NCBI RefSeq assembly: GCF_009914755.1
Contig: NC_060929.1
Strand: one strand, 5' to 3'
Source of the DNA: the human T2T-CHM13v2.0 reference genome, Homo sapiens
Length of the DNA stretch: 64,000 nt
Below are positions 12,391-26,014 of this stretch, piece after piece. Under the pieces are notes generated by a model. It made no database searches and was not told the DNA's origin. It saw only the letters and a program-made list of their open reading frames with translations. How positions within the stretch are numbered: position 1 is the first letter of the stretch; each line of letters opens with the position of its first letter. A program made the translations under genes and the position numbers.

Positions 12391-15300
12391 AATGCCTCAG
12401 TACACTTGGAAGAATATATATTTTTAAATAATTTGTAATGTTCTAATAGTACAAATTTAAGTACTGGCAGTAAGGTAAGGTTAAACATTGGCTGTCCTTA
12501 TTAGCTGTTTTGAAGATATATTACCATTACTTAGGAAAGCCCAAAAATCTAGCTTCATTTTTTCCAAAAATGGCAAAAAACAATAAATAGTGATTCTCAA
12601 GATAATGCCAATGGCAAACAACTCTAGTATTTGCTAAAAGACCACAATATTCCACTAAAGGGAAATTATGTGAACAAAAAACCCCCAAACTCTTGTATTT
12701 CATCTCAAAATTGAAGCAAACATATGAACATATATGGAGTTGTAAATAGAGAGAATCCATCAGGAGAGCCAGAGTGAGTCCTCTGTTTTGTTTTAAGAAA
12801 TTATTTCATAATGCAAATAATTCCCTATTCACTTTGTCTGGTTTTTACTTCTATAATTTAATACATGAGGTTTTCTTAAGCCGGGGACATAGTTGTATTT
12901 CTAACCATAAGTTTTTAAATAACAGATAGATATAATTTCAGAAAAAGACACATAAAAATCCAACAAATTTTTCCCCCAAAACCTCGTATCTGAACTGCAG
13001 CAACTCTTTCTGGGATAATAACAGAGTTCTCTTTCCAAAATGGGCCCAGCTCAGTGTACCAAAGGAAAGAAAAACAGTTGTATCAGGAGAGATACCACAG
13101 AGGACTAACAGTGTGACAAGAGTAAATATTGGAAGAAATTTTCCATGAAGTAGAACATTTGAAAACCATATGTATGTGTAGTATGTGTACTATATTGATG
13201 TATCCGCTGGTTTCCAATCCTAATTCCAACATCCTCCAGGCTCCTGAATTCCCCACAGGTTGGCAGCTTCTTCTGCAGAAATCCTCAGATGAAGATGCTT
13301 TGTCCCCCACTTACAAATTAAGTCTTTCCTGCATTTGCTTTTCTTTCTCTTCCTTATTGACAAAAACAGCTGCTATGGAATTTGTAGTGTTTAATAAATT
13401 TGTATTTTAATAATGACATCTTCTAAATATATTTTTGTCATTATATGTTTAAATAAAAAGTATTGCTGTTATCCCTTATGTTCCAAAGAAATCTGATCAG
13501 AAACTCACAGCCTCAAAAAGGGTAGCAATATATGTAGTGGTAGCGTCAGAATTTCTTTGAAGAAGGGATCTGGGGACATCAATCAGGTGGAAGGAAGAGT
13601 ACCAATGGATATCATCTTACTGCTGTGCTGACACAGCTGGCCCATAGCTTTTATAAGTCATCTGTTTACTTAGCATAGATTTGGAGAAAAAAAGCTGGTG
13701 GTAGTTCTGAGAGGGGCTAAGACCCACAAAACACTCCTTATAACAGCTCCTTCATATTTAAAGGGGAAAACTTTCAATACGAACTAGGAGTGAAGGTGGG
13801 AACAAGGGGAATATTTACTCCCAAGTGCTGTTTCTGTTCCTGGTAATTTCACCCTTACATGTAAAAGGGTAAGAATTATGCAAGCATCTGGATCCTGATG
13901 AGAAACCACCTTAACTAATATCCTTGGGAATGAAACCACGTTTATAATAGATTCAGTACTCCACTAACATCTTAAAGTACACTTATCTGTAGTGAAGTGA
14001 ACAAATCTAGATTTTTGTGTCTATCTTGCTTCATAATTCCTTACACTCCTAAAAATTTCTTACTGAGTAAACAACAAAGAACTTAGGCTACACATGGAAT
14101 TTTGGAAAATCCAGAGAAAAGGCAGGGGAAAAAAGGTCTTTGTTCTAAAAGGTGACATGTGCATTTGGCATTCCTTTTCTTCTTAATTTTCGATTTAGGG
14201 CTTATGGAGTTCAGAAGCAGAAGGATAAGATGGTTATTTCCTCTCCAATCAATCACTCTAAACTTTATAATAAGTTGGACATATCTGATCTCCCATAAAA
14301 TGAAATTCTTTAGGTGAATTATTTTGGGAAGCATCAGAATGGAGGCAAAGAAGTAAGTTCTAAAATATTCATCTCTTCCTCACACTATCCAGACGTCAAG
14401 GCCTCCAACATAGTTTTTTATGGGCCATGGCAAGTATAAGGGGTATTTCAATCATCAATGAATGAGCAACAATGGTTGCTGTTTCAAAATAGGAGGAAAA
14501 AAGTTGAATTATTTTGGGGGAGAAACAACATAAGATGACTTTTGAAGAAAACATTTTTTGTCATCTGAAAATATGAATATGTATATAAGTATGCTGTTTA
14601 TATGTAAAAGAAAAATATGCAGATAGGTCAAATCTTTTAGATTTGGAGATGGGAAGACCTTAAACCTTCTTTTTGTATTTATGAGCCTAACTCTTTAAGT
14701 AATTCAAATTACTACTGGTTAATGTTCCTTGAATCACTCATTTATCCTGAAAAACTTTCCTTTATTCTCACAAAAAAGGAAAATGGCAAACATACTTTAG
14801 CTTGGTAAATGTGAAAAAATTAGGTATTCAAATAAAAGATCCAAAACCAACAAGTCACAATGATAGCAAGTTTCTGTAATACATTTCTGGGTACGCTACA
14901 ACACCAAGTTTAAACAATGATTTTTCTTGCTCCAAAGTGGGTTGTGGATGTAAGAACTAGTTTTTCTTGCTCAGTCAAGCAATATGAAGCAAAGGACTAC
15001 AGTCAAAGAAATAGCTGAATAGCTTCTGCAGCCAATCCATACAAACACACAGTGTGGTACTTAGTGGGACCCTCCTTACACCAAAAAAGATACATACTAA
15101 TACATAAAACTGATTCTTCAGAAAAAAGTTCATAATTATATTAAATTTGCACTGTGGATAAAGCCCAACTGCAAAAACTTAGAGAGCTTGGTAATCCCAG
15201 AAATTTCTGTGAGTGGCTATTATAAGGAATGTGGTCTAAACTCGACAGGAAACCTCGTATTTCTGTTAGTATGAAAAATTGCTTTGATCATTCCACATTT

Positions 15301-17144
15301 TCTTAAGATAGAAAAAAGGAAGATTTGATGAATCCAGAATATTATTGATGTTATTTTGAAACCAGATTTTAACTTATTAATTACTTCAAAACTATAACTT
15401 AAAATTGTATATTTAAAGAAAAGGTAACATTAATTTCAAATTCCAAGAAACTCATTTTGATGATTAGATAACATCATCCAATCTTTCAAAGGGTAATAAC
15501 ATTTAAAAATTAGACTTATCAGAAATGCTATATTAACTTATAGTATTATCAAAGTTGCCATAACTTAATTCTCTATGAACTAAATATGTCTCTTTTAAGA
15601 TGATAATCATAATGTTAATCACAAAACATGGAAAAATCTTGAAATGTCTTTGGCATTTTTAAGAAGGATAATTACATTCAGTGTAATCTCTTGTAAGTAT
15701 ACATTATTTCATTCTGACTCTATGGAAATTGGTTATTTGCACATAATACATAGCAGGTGCTGGCAAGCCAAGGCTGTATTTTTTGTAGGAGGAGGTAAGA
15801 GGATCAGCCACTGCTTTCTCTCATACGTTATTTGGAAGAGCCTCCTCCCTGATCTCTGCCTCTACGTCATGGCATGTTGCTCCTTATCTCCCCAACACCC
15901 ACCTTCACAGAATCAGATACATCAGCCAAAAACACTGTGTTTTTGAATGTTGGCATGATCACCTATTAGTAATCATGCATGAGAATAAAGTGGCATGCCA
16001 CTTTTGGAAAAGCTGCCATAGATGATAACTGCACACTGATGAGATTATTTCATTATTCTGGAGCTTATCAGTGTCCAGCAATTACCTGCTTCAGAAAATG
16101 TACTGTACTTGTGAATTATATATTTCAAGAGAAAGTCATGAAATCAATTTGATAAGATACTCCTGGACAGGTATCTTAGTAGCACCCTTCTTCCTCAAAA
16201 TAAATGATCTAACAGGACCACCTACACATTTATTTCATACAATGTTTCTTGAACAAAATGAAACCTCAAATGTTGGGATAAAGAGAAGCATTACATGTAA
16301 TTTTAGGTCCAGTACGAACTGGATGAGTTGCTAAGAAATACATTATCTATGCCTAGACTATCGATAATCTGGGCACAACACTTCCAAGATAAATACTCAA
16401 GAGCTATTAAAACTATTTGTAGCTGTATACTACTTGGATTTTAAGTTACCTTGTTTTAGTTTTCTAGAATTTTTTGTCTATTTTTGTAACTTCCTAAGAA
16501 AGTTCTCAGGACCAGGACTTTATAAATGCAAAGATAACTTAAAGATTCTAAATCAAAAGGACAAGATTGTTGGTAGGATAATGTGTTATTCAGTAATTTG
16601 TCTAAAGTTATTTTTAAAACATACCCTAGCTAATTGGAGATATCTTACAAACAAAAGTAAAACAAGGTCAACCAAGAAAATACATTTCAGACTACAAATG
16701 TCAAGATTACTAATATTTATAGAAACTCTTTACTTCTCCCCATTTTCTCCTTCTCTCACACATCTGGCCAATTTTTCATTGGCTTCACTCTAAATTTGCA
16801 TTATCCATAGAATTTAAGCATGGAGAATTTAAAACTCTCTCTCTTTTTGCTTATCAATAACGTTGGTAAAAGATTTTGTGTGGGCTTTTGGATTGTGTGT
16901 AGATATCATACGTTTTTTTCTTTCCTATTCCAATGCCTAGTACAATTGGGCCTGATATTATTCAAGAGATAAACATCTCCTCTTCAATTGGTCAAAGGTT
17001 AAAAAGGTAAACCAGAAGATATTGCCGGTGGGAAGAGGGGACAAAGATAAATTACAGGTAGTCATAAAGAAAGTTTAATTTTTCCCCTCACTTACACATA
17101 GCCTTTATTTTGAAGAAGTAATGCATCATTCATGAAGTTAACAT

Positions 17145-17410
17145 TTACTTACTACTGATTTAGTGTGCAATTGGCACTAGGCAACAGGGAGACACTGGAA
17201 ATACAAAGATGAGTAAGACTCAGTCCCCACTCTCATGGAATCCAAAATTGTATAAAAAGAACCATGAAATTCTGTGGTAAGTGCAATATGGACAAAATAT
17301 GAAAAAGAGGCATAAAGAGGAGATCAAGTTGCCTATCTAAGAGGGAAAATAAAAGCTTGTGACAAATTTTACGGAGAGAGCCACATAAGAACTAAACTTG
17401 GGTAAGAATT
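17145..17410 (-). mobile_element. L2 3' remnant
   Basis: cactggaaatacaaagatgagtaagactcagtccccactctcatgga resembles the reverse L2 3' end. Confidence 0.65.
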
Positions 17411-18514
17411 GCCTCAGATTTAGTAACTCATTGAGAATGAGCATTCATCTCCCTGCAAGATAATCATTTATCAGGAGTAATCTTGTATTCATATGTGGCC
17501 AACTGAGAAATCTTTAATACTCAGATGAAATGATCTAACTGAAATAAGAATATTTATGCACAAAGTAGGCACTGGAAGAATTAAGATCATGCCATATTTA
17601 GTATGTGTGTGTTTGCACGCTCACCATAGGGGAAAGGGGGACCACTGGGGAAAGGGCAAGGCATGGAGGTAGTGATTACAGTGTTTAAGTAACGGAGGAT
17701 ATTCCTGGATAGGAAACATTACATAGAAAACAAGTTGTGTCCATTTAGCACCTGAGATACAGCATTCGCTAATTTTAGAAATCACAAAATAATTCAGTCT
17801 ATTGTCATATACAAATCTGAATTTATGAAATTTGATAGGTGTCTTATACCATCTTGGATTCACAGCACCTCCAGTTTCAGTTTCAATCAGCATTTTTTGA
17901 GTTCTCATAAGTGGACTGCTGACTTCTGCTGGAGGAAATACAACAATCATGTGGACCGATGCCACTACAAATTTATAGTTTCCAAGCTCTCAAAACCACT
18001 CAGCAATTCTACATTCTGCTCGTCAGCTCCCTCTGCCACTTCTAATAGCAGCTCTTCCAAATTTTAGCTCCTGTCCCAAGGGCCCTACCCAATTGCTTCT
18101 CTGGCTCAGGTTTTTATCTCACAATTTGATTGGCTTCAAAGAATAATGAGAGGATCTCAAGCCTGCATTCTCTCAGCTTCTAACACTCCACAAACTCTTG
18201 GAAATGTTTAATCACCATCCATCTTCTTTCTTAGAGCTAGAAGGCATCTACTCCCCGCCTCCTTCAGGTTAATTCCTTCTGATATTACCTTATTCTTAAC
18301 TACTTACTTACTAGTGATTCAGTGTGCAATTTGCATGCCTTCTGAATTCTTCCTGAACTTCTTCCATGAATTTCTCCTTCCTCTCACTTACATCTCTCTC
18401 TTATCTCCTTTGGCTCAGCCCCTAAACACGTTTAAGTTTCTCCCACTTTGAAAGACTAAACAAAGTGAAACTCCTCAGTATATTATAATCTGGGTTTAGT
18501 CCCCCACCCTATCA

Positions 18515-18809
18515 TTTTTTGTTTGTTTGTTTGAGACAGGGTACTCTGTCACCCAGGCTGCAGTGCAGTAGAGTCATCTCAGCTCACTGCAACCTCTGCC
18601 TCCTGGGCTCAAGCAATCCTCCTGCCTCATCCTGCCAAGTAGTTGGGACTATAGGCACATGTCACCACATCAAGCTAATTTTTCTGTTTTCTGTACAGAT
18701 GGGGTCTCACTATGTTGCCCAGGCTGGCCTCCAACTCCTGGGGCCAAGTGACCCACCTGCCTCGGCCTCTCAAAATGTGGGATTACAGGTGTGAGCCACT
18801 GCGCCTGGC
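18515..18809 (-). mobile_element. Alu SINE, AluJ-like
   Basis: Reverse Alu with ctgggctcaagcaatcctcc and gtctcactatgttgccc AluJ-type features. Confidence 0.95.
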
Positions 18810-18829
18810 AACCCACCATGTCTTTTGCT

Positions 18830-20560
18830 AAGAAAAGAGTCTTCTTTTGCAAGATCCTCCTAATGCTAAATGCAAACTGCTTCCCATAGTCCTTAACCTT
18901 CACAACTCTCTGAAGGACCTGGCAAGCTCTTGCTTGAAATTTTCTCTTCCTTTGGCCTCAGGTGACAACTTTGCCTATTTTTCAAATGATTCATCCTCTT
19001 CATTTTCTCTAGGGTTTCTGCTTCCTCTGCCTACCGCTTACAAATGACATTTATTGGGGTTACATGTGGGCCCTCATGCCATAGCAATCCTGAGAATATA
19101 TCCACACCCAAGGCTGTAACAGTCACCTATAGATTGACATATCCTGAATGCCTGGCTCAGATTTCTCTCCCAGGTTCTACTCCGTACATTCAATAGCAAG
19201 GTAGATATAAACTCAAGGATATCCCCCAAAATTCGAGATGATTGCTTATTCATTGAATGGTACCACCCAATTACACAAACAAGAAACTTCAGCCATTCTT
19301 TTTTTTTTTTACTCCCCACATCAAATCATTAATTCTATCTCCTTCTAATTTTGAATTATTTTCCCTTAATACTTTCTCCCTATCCCTGCCTTCAAACTAG
19401 GTATTGTCATCCCTTGGCTGGAACACCTGAATTGTCTCCCTCCATTAACTTTCTTACATCTTGATATTAAACTTCTCCTATTTGTCCTAACATGGAAATG
19501 TGATGATATCATTCCCCTATTCAGAGTTTCCTTCACGGTGGCCCCTGTCTACCTTGCCTGCTTCTTGCATGCATTATACTCCAGTAACAATGAGATATTT
19601 CTATTGCTCCACACATGGTGTTCCTTCTACAGCCTGGTTTTGTCTGCCCAGGATGGATTATCTACCTGGAAGAACAGATCATCTGCCTGGCAAAATTCTA
19701 CTTGCATTCAAGTCTCAGGTCCGGTGTTTTTCCCTTCTTAGTGAAACCATCTTTGGATCCCCTCCCTTGACCCACCAACCCCAACACACACACAGACCCA
19801 GAAGTTTCACACATTCCTTTTCCTATTGTCAAAATGACTGCTATTGACTACAGACCTTTCCACACTATATACTTATTTGCTAACATGCTGTATCCCTGCT
19901 GTTCTCTGAGCAGGGCAGAGGCCAGGTTTTCTTTGCTTTGTAACCCCAGAGTCTCAAACCATACCTAAGCCATTGTAGGACCTAAACAATATCTTTTTCA
20001 ATGAAAAGAAGGACATCAGTCCTTTCTCTTTCCCATCACTCTTCTACACATCTACAGGAGTTCTATTTCTAAAAACAGATCTGGGCAGGTTACTTGCCTA
20101 ATTAATCTGAAGGCAATGCGGAGCCTCTGGAGAAATTTTCAAACACCTCAAGATGGCATCCTAATCTCTGTAAGACCCACCTGAACCTGTTTGCTTCAGT
20201 CACTTTCTAACACTCATCCTCCTGTCAGATTCTAGCAATCAGACTATACGTTGTTCTGTGCCCCAGGCCTGCACTGCTCTCCTCCAGTGTCCACATGGGA
20301 AAGTCCCCCTTATCCTTCAAGCTTCAGTGTAAACCTCACACCTCTGTGAATCATTTCTGACCTCACTACTCCCACCCCAAGTTGAGTTGATTGACTTGCT
20401 CTCTGATATACTTCCAGCAGAGCTCAATACGTTTGACTCACTCTCTGTGTTTTAATTATTGGTTTAAAAATGTGTTTCTCCTACTAGAATGTCAGCTCCT
20501 TCAGAATGGAGGTTGTTACATTTATCTTTAAATCCCTGGCACTTAAAAGCATATGTTTTC
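18830..20560 (+). mobile_element. Degenerate L2 LINE remnants (two 3' segments; probably extends upstream to about 17900)
   Basis: Pyrimidine-rich; ctctgagcagggcagaggccagg...gtaggacctaaacaat and ctagaatgtcagctccttcag L2 3' motifs. Confidence 0.7.
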
Positions 20561-21188
20561 ACATACTAGCAGAATAAGAAGATAAGCATATATAAACAAA
20601 AAACACAAACACATTCTAACTCACTTTGATTGGCATTAATTTGTCTACACTTAAAATATTCTCTCTCTATTCCTATCATTTTGCACTGGTACTTCAGAAA
20701 CTATAAGAGGCTCCACTCAAATTATAATTATTTTGAATTCAGTGTTTTGCTTCTTCTGTAATCTTTTTTGCAAATAGTAATTTTTTTCAAAGACTGTTTT
20801 GGTACTTTTTTCTCCATCTACTTTTAGCAAAAAGAGATTCTTAAAAGGTGTTTAATGAGCTAAATCTGTACAGACCCAAAATAATAGAGTAAATGGTAAA
20901 TCAGTTGGACTTGAATTTCTAGATGCTCCTTACTATTTATTTTCTTAAATCAACTCAAAGCAGCAGTGCTCTGGCATTCACAAGAGCACCTCTGCCCAAA
21001 AATGTTGTTTATAAACAAATATCAATTTGCTAACTGATTTTTTCGCCTAGAGCCTACATAAATAATATTAATTAGTAATACTTATCATTGCATTTGAAAA
21101 CCAATTGGGAATAAGGAAAACCGTAGGGGAAGAAATGTTGATGAGAAGTTAGACAGATTTCTTTTAAACTGTAAAAAAGTCCTTACAC

Positions 21189-21445
21189 AAGGAGTCCCCA
21201 ACATATTAGGAACCAGGCTACTCAGCAGGAGGTAAGCAGTGGGCAACCAAGTATTATGACCTGAGCTAAGCCTCCCGTCAGATCAGCAGCAGCAGCAGGG
21301 GCATAAGATTCTTACAGTGGACGGATAGCATTAGGATGAATACCTAATGTAGATGACGGGTTGATGGGTGCAGCAAACCACCATGGCATGTTTATACCTA
21401 TGTAACAAACCTGCACGTTCTGCACATGTACCCCAGAACATAAAG

Positions 21446-21479
<34 letters not shown>

Positions 21480-21680
21480 GATTCTCACAGGAGCATGAAC
21501 CCTGTTATGAACTGCTCAAGTGAGGGATCTAGGTTGCATGCCCCTTATAAGAACTTAACACCTGATGATCTAAGGTGAAACGGTTCCATTCTGAAACCAA
21601 CCGCTCCCCGACCCCGAGTCCATGGAAGAACTGTCTTCCACAAAACCAGTCCCTGGTGCCAAAAAGGTTGGGGACCACTG
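21189..21680 (+). mobile_element. MER1B hAT-Charlie DNA transposon, interrupted by an L1
   Basis: Termini ..gagtccccaac and gttggggaccactg; 8-bp TSD ccttacac (21181-21188) and ccttacat (21681-21688). Confidence 0.9.
21318..21477 (+). mobile_element. 5'-truncated L1PA 3' end with (AAT)n tail, nested in MER1B
   Basis: tagatgacgggttgatgggtgcagcaaaccaccatggca; TSD aagattc(t/c)acag-type 13-mer at 21305-21317 and 21478-21490. Confidence 0.93.
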
Positions 21681-21819
21681 CCTTACATGATGAATTTCAA
21701 TGCTTAAAGGAGAAAATATAACATTACAGATCCCACCATGCAAAATTATTCAGATACTAAACACATTCTTCAATAAATGAACATAGACAATTAACAAGTT
21801 TTACCAGAAGAACAGCATT

Positions 21820-21821
<2 letters not shown>

Positions 21822-21852
<31 letters not shown>
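21822..21852. repeat. (CA)n microsatellite
   Basis: Directly visible. Confidence 0.97.
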
Positions 21853-21859
<7 letters not shown>

Positions 21860-24299
21860 AATAACATGCTATTAATGTATTTATTCATCTGCTGTAGTAT
21901 TTTATAAAGAACATGAAGTGTAACCCAAGGTATCTCTTCATGACCAGATTTTCTACAACAGATGTTTGGTCACAATGGAACACTCAGTCTTCTGATTCTA
22001 CCTTGCTCTCTTCTCTCTTCTGCTTTACCAACATCTGCAGCTAAAATTCCCCCACCTTCTTTTATGCATATGAATATTTAAGTATATTTTGAAGCCCAGA
22101 TAGCTCCAAGAAAGTCACATCCAATAAACCTTCCTTGAGCCCCTTAGCTGAGGTAAAGGTGCTTCTATATTCTTCATACTTGTGAACTTGCTTGTTTTCA
22201 TGGGAAAAAAAAAAAAAAAAAAAAAAAAAGGACCCAAGACTGCATTCTTAGACTGATACTCATCCTGTCTGTGGATGTGTCTGCAATTTGGCTCCATGTA
22301 AATTTGAGAAAAGACTCCATTTTGGCAAGGAAAACACAACTCACATTCTTTAATTTCTTAGTCTATGTCCCAGTAAGCTGGTAGAGATTTTGATTTAAAA
22401 AACAAAACAAAACTCAAAAAACTTAACCTAATGGAAAAAACTTATAACTGAAAAATTATAGAGAGCTATCATAGCATCTCCTTATCTGCAGCTTTTAAAA
22501 AATACAATAGCAACTCACATTTATATGATGATGGCAGAACAAAGGAAGGGTGATATCCCTGGAAACTTTGGTTCCATAATTCTTTGGTATTTCTAACACA
22601 CTTAGACCAACTTAAAAAGAATCTTAACTTAAAAAGAGGTTTTCTATTTGAACCATTTCTCAAACCAAGGAGAAGACTGTTTCCTTCCAGGTCACATTCT
22701 AATGCTCTCAAGGAGTTAATACTCATGCTATTAGGGAAAGTGATTCTTAAAAGTTGCTGAAAAAACCAATTCTATATGAACCCAAAATGATATGATAAAC
22801 GGTAAATTATTTGGGCCGAATTTAGGTATTCTCATGGACCAAAATAAATACACTGGAATTATTTCTAACATGAAAAAGCCCTCATTTAATCATGTGTCAA
22901 CTGGAGAAAGCAATTTCCCACAGCTAAAAATATTTAAAAATCTGATATAAAAACAAAATTATATTAAAATGCCATAATACATGGATTTGGCTACTTGCCA
23001 AGGGTAGAAACCGACTTCTGCAGATTTTTCTTTCAAAGATATACCACGTGTTCCAACATTTGTAATCATTTGATAGTCAACTGCTGTAGGCAAAAAACTG
23101 TACCTAGTAATTCTCTACTGTCGATATTTTAAACTATTTCATAAACATTCCTCATACAGTATGTCTAATAGATTTTGCATACTTTTTCTTATCAGAAACT
23201 TCTTTAACACATATAATCTACTGAAATTCTCCAACTAAATTAAATCATAATAGGAATGAAACTGACAAAATCTTTTAGTTGGCCTATTTTACCTGGAGGA
23301 ACCAGTAAAATAGAGCTCATGACTCTGAATCTCCATATAAATTGAAAATAAACACGTTTAATATTCAAGTAATTTAGTTAGACTTACAGACTGATAATTT
23401 TGCTAACTTTTCTATATTTAAAAATGCAAATGTGATAGAGAAGCATAATAACATTTTAAACACATTGTTTTAGGATTATGCATTTTCAATCAAAACCTGC
23501 TAGAACCAAGAAAAAATGGCATTAAGTAGAGAAAGCAGTTGCTTCACTATCAGTTTCACAAAAATTTTTAAGATAATAGTAAATTAGGATCAAATTTTCC
23601 ATATACTTTGATATACTCTAGTTTATAACACTTGCCAATGATGGATTGAGGAATATAATTTAGATTAAAAAAGCATACATGAAGTTTACTGGTCAGATAA
23701 TTTTCTACTTCTGTCATTACAAGTAAGGAAGTACTTGTAGGAAAAATACATCAGAAACAAAACAATGAACTTAATAAAAGTAAATGAGTAGAGATCACAT
23801 GGTAACAAGCAGAACTGTATTCCCTGAACACAAGAGCATCACAGATTTCTTCTCTCTCAGAACTGCTAGAATCAGACAGAACTCTAAAGTTCATAAAATC
23901 CAACACCAGATAGGTAAAGACATCTTCCATTTTATCTCCCCACTAAACCAGCTTACTTAATAATTTCCCTCATTAAGCAATACTAACTAGCCAATTTCCT
24001 TCCTTCTCCCACTTACTTTCATTTACTAACGCAGAAATGTTAAGAAGTGTCTTACAATGTTTACTATGGGGAAGTCAGGGATATGAAACAGGTTACATTT
24101 TTAGTCCCAGTTCTACAAATAAAGAAAATGACTTATCAGATAGTGAGAATTATTCTAAACAACAGTGAGGTCAGTTTTGAAGAGTTATTTGAAATCAGAA
24201 CTTTAAGTGGCTAGGTCAGTTCCCAAAGGACATTTTTAAAGGGCAGCAAAGGAACCATTTTTCTTACAAAATATAGCACTAAATTTTCGGTTGCCTAAA

Positions 24300-24327
24300 C
24301 AATAATAATAATAATAATAATAATAAT
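24300..24327. repeat. (AAT)n microsatellite
   Basis: Directly visible. Confidence 0.95.
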
Positions 24328-24412
24328 TCATTACAATGTAGAGATAATCAGTACCGACACTGAGAGAGAAATGCACAAGACGGCAGTGATCATAAGATAT
24401 TAAGACTCATCA

Positions 24413-24748
<336 letters not shown>

Positions 24749-25326
24749 TTAGAATGTATATTAATTTTCACCACTTTGGTACAAAAAAAAAAAATGAAGC
24801 ACAAATCCCCATATTCGAACGAGGATTAATTTGATTCATGGGCTCCATGGTAATTCTAGTGGTACTTTCTCTTTCACTATCACTATAGCAGGATATACTA
24901 ACAGGGGTTTCACACTCCCAGCTCAGTTCTTGGAATGCCATATCCTCTTCCCCCAGTCAAAATGGCCACGAAAGTCTACCTCACAACCTCAGAGAAGTGA
25001 TCCTGAGAAAATAAGAATCAAATCTTTCTTTGAGTTTTATAAACCCTACCCAGTCTTTTGAGTTATAACAAACAGGCTTTTAAGCATTAAGGACTAAAGC
25101 TATATAACTTATGCCATCACCCAAAGATCTAGAAGACTCCTGGAGAGTCAGTCATTTCTCACATGTCAAAAACTATCTAAACTATCTCCACACAGAGGAG
25201 GAGAGAAACATTCAGAGAAGCTGTATCCTGGGGGTGGGGACACTCAAATCACAGGCTAGGGACCCCCCAGACAGGTTTCAGCAAAAAGGGATCGTGAAAC
25301 CTTATCTAGCACAGCCAGAAGAGCAG

Positions 25327-25675
25327 TGTCTTAGTCTGTTCCTGCTGTTATAGCAAAATACCTTAGACTGGGTAATTCATAAGAAATAGAAACTTATTTC
25401 TCACAGTTCTGGAGGCTGAGAAGTCCAAGATCAAGGAACTAGCAGATTCAACATCTGATGAAGGTTCTCTCTCTGCTTCATAGAAGGTGCCTTGCTGTTG
25501 CATCCTCACATGGTGGAAGGGGACAGGGGCATTCACTTCAACTTCTTTTAAAAGGGCACTCTGCCCTCATCACTTTAATCACTTCCCAAAAGTCTCTACC
25601 TCTTAATACTATTACAGTGGTTATTCAATTTCAACTTGTGACTTTTGGCAGGACAACAACATTCAGAACATAGCA
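25327..25675 (-). mobile_element. MaLR solo LTR (MSTD/MLT1A-like)
   Basis: tg...ca termini; ctcacagttctggaggctgagaagtccaagatcaagg; perfect 5-bp TSD agcag at 25322-25326 and 25676-25680. Confidence 0.92.
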
Positions 25676-25876
25676 AGCAGCAAGAACTCAGAGTTTTCCC
25701 AACATCCAGCATAAACTCGAAGCAGAAAAAATAAAAGTTGAGGCAACAACGTCTTTCTCTGTCTCTCCTTTGCTATCTCCTCTCTCCCCACTCTTACAGT
25801 CAATGGAAACTACTGTGTTTAGATGAAATTGGCATAATACAATTTGGATGACCTTTCATCAAAAGTGTAAAACATG

Positions 25877-26010
25877 GGCCAGGCACGGTGGCTCATGCCT
25901 GTAGTCCCAGCACTTTGGGAGGCAGAGATGGTGAGAGGATTGCTTGAGGTCAGGAGTTCTAGACCAGCCTGGGCAACACAATGAGATCCTGTCTGAAATA
26001 AAAAAATAAA
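25877..26010 (+). mobile_element. Alu left monomer (FLAM-like)
   Basis: Single Alu arm ending in an A-rich tail. Confidence 0.9.
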
Positions 26011-26014
26011 ATGA

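Noticed and set aside
16434-16793. 119-aa ORF
   Set aside because: TTG start, AT-rich F/L/K composition, no recognisable domain or splice context
22205-22229. Orphan poly-A tracts (also 53295-53313) as retrocopy tails
   Set aside because: No recognisable upstream element, polyadenylation signal at the expected distance, or TSD
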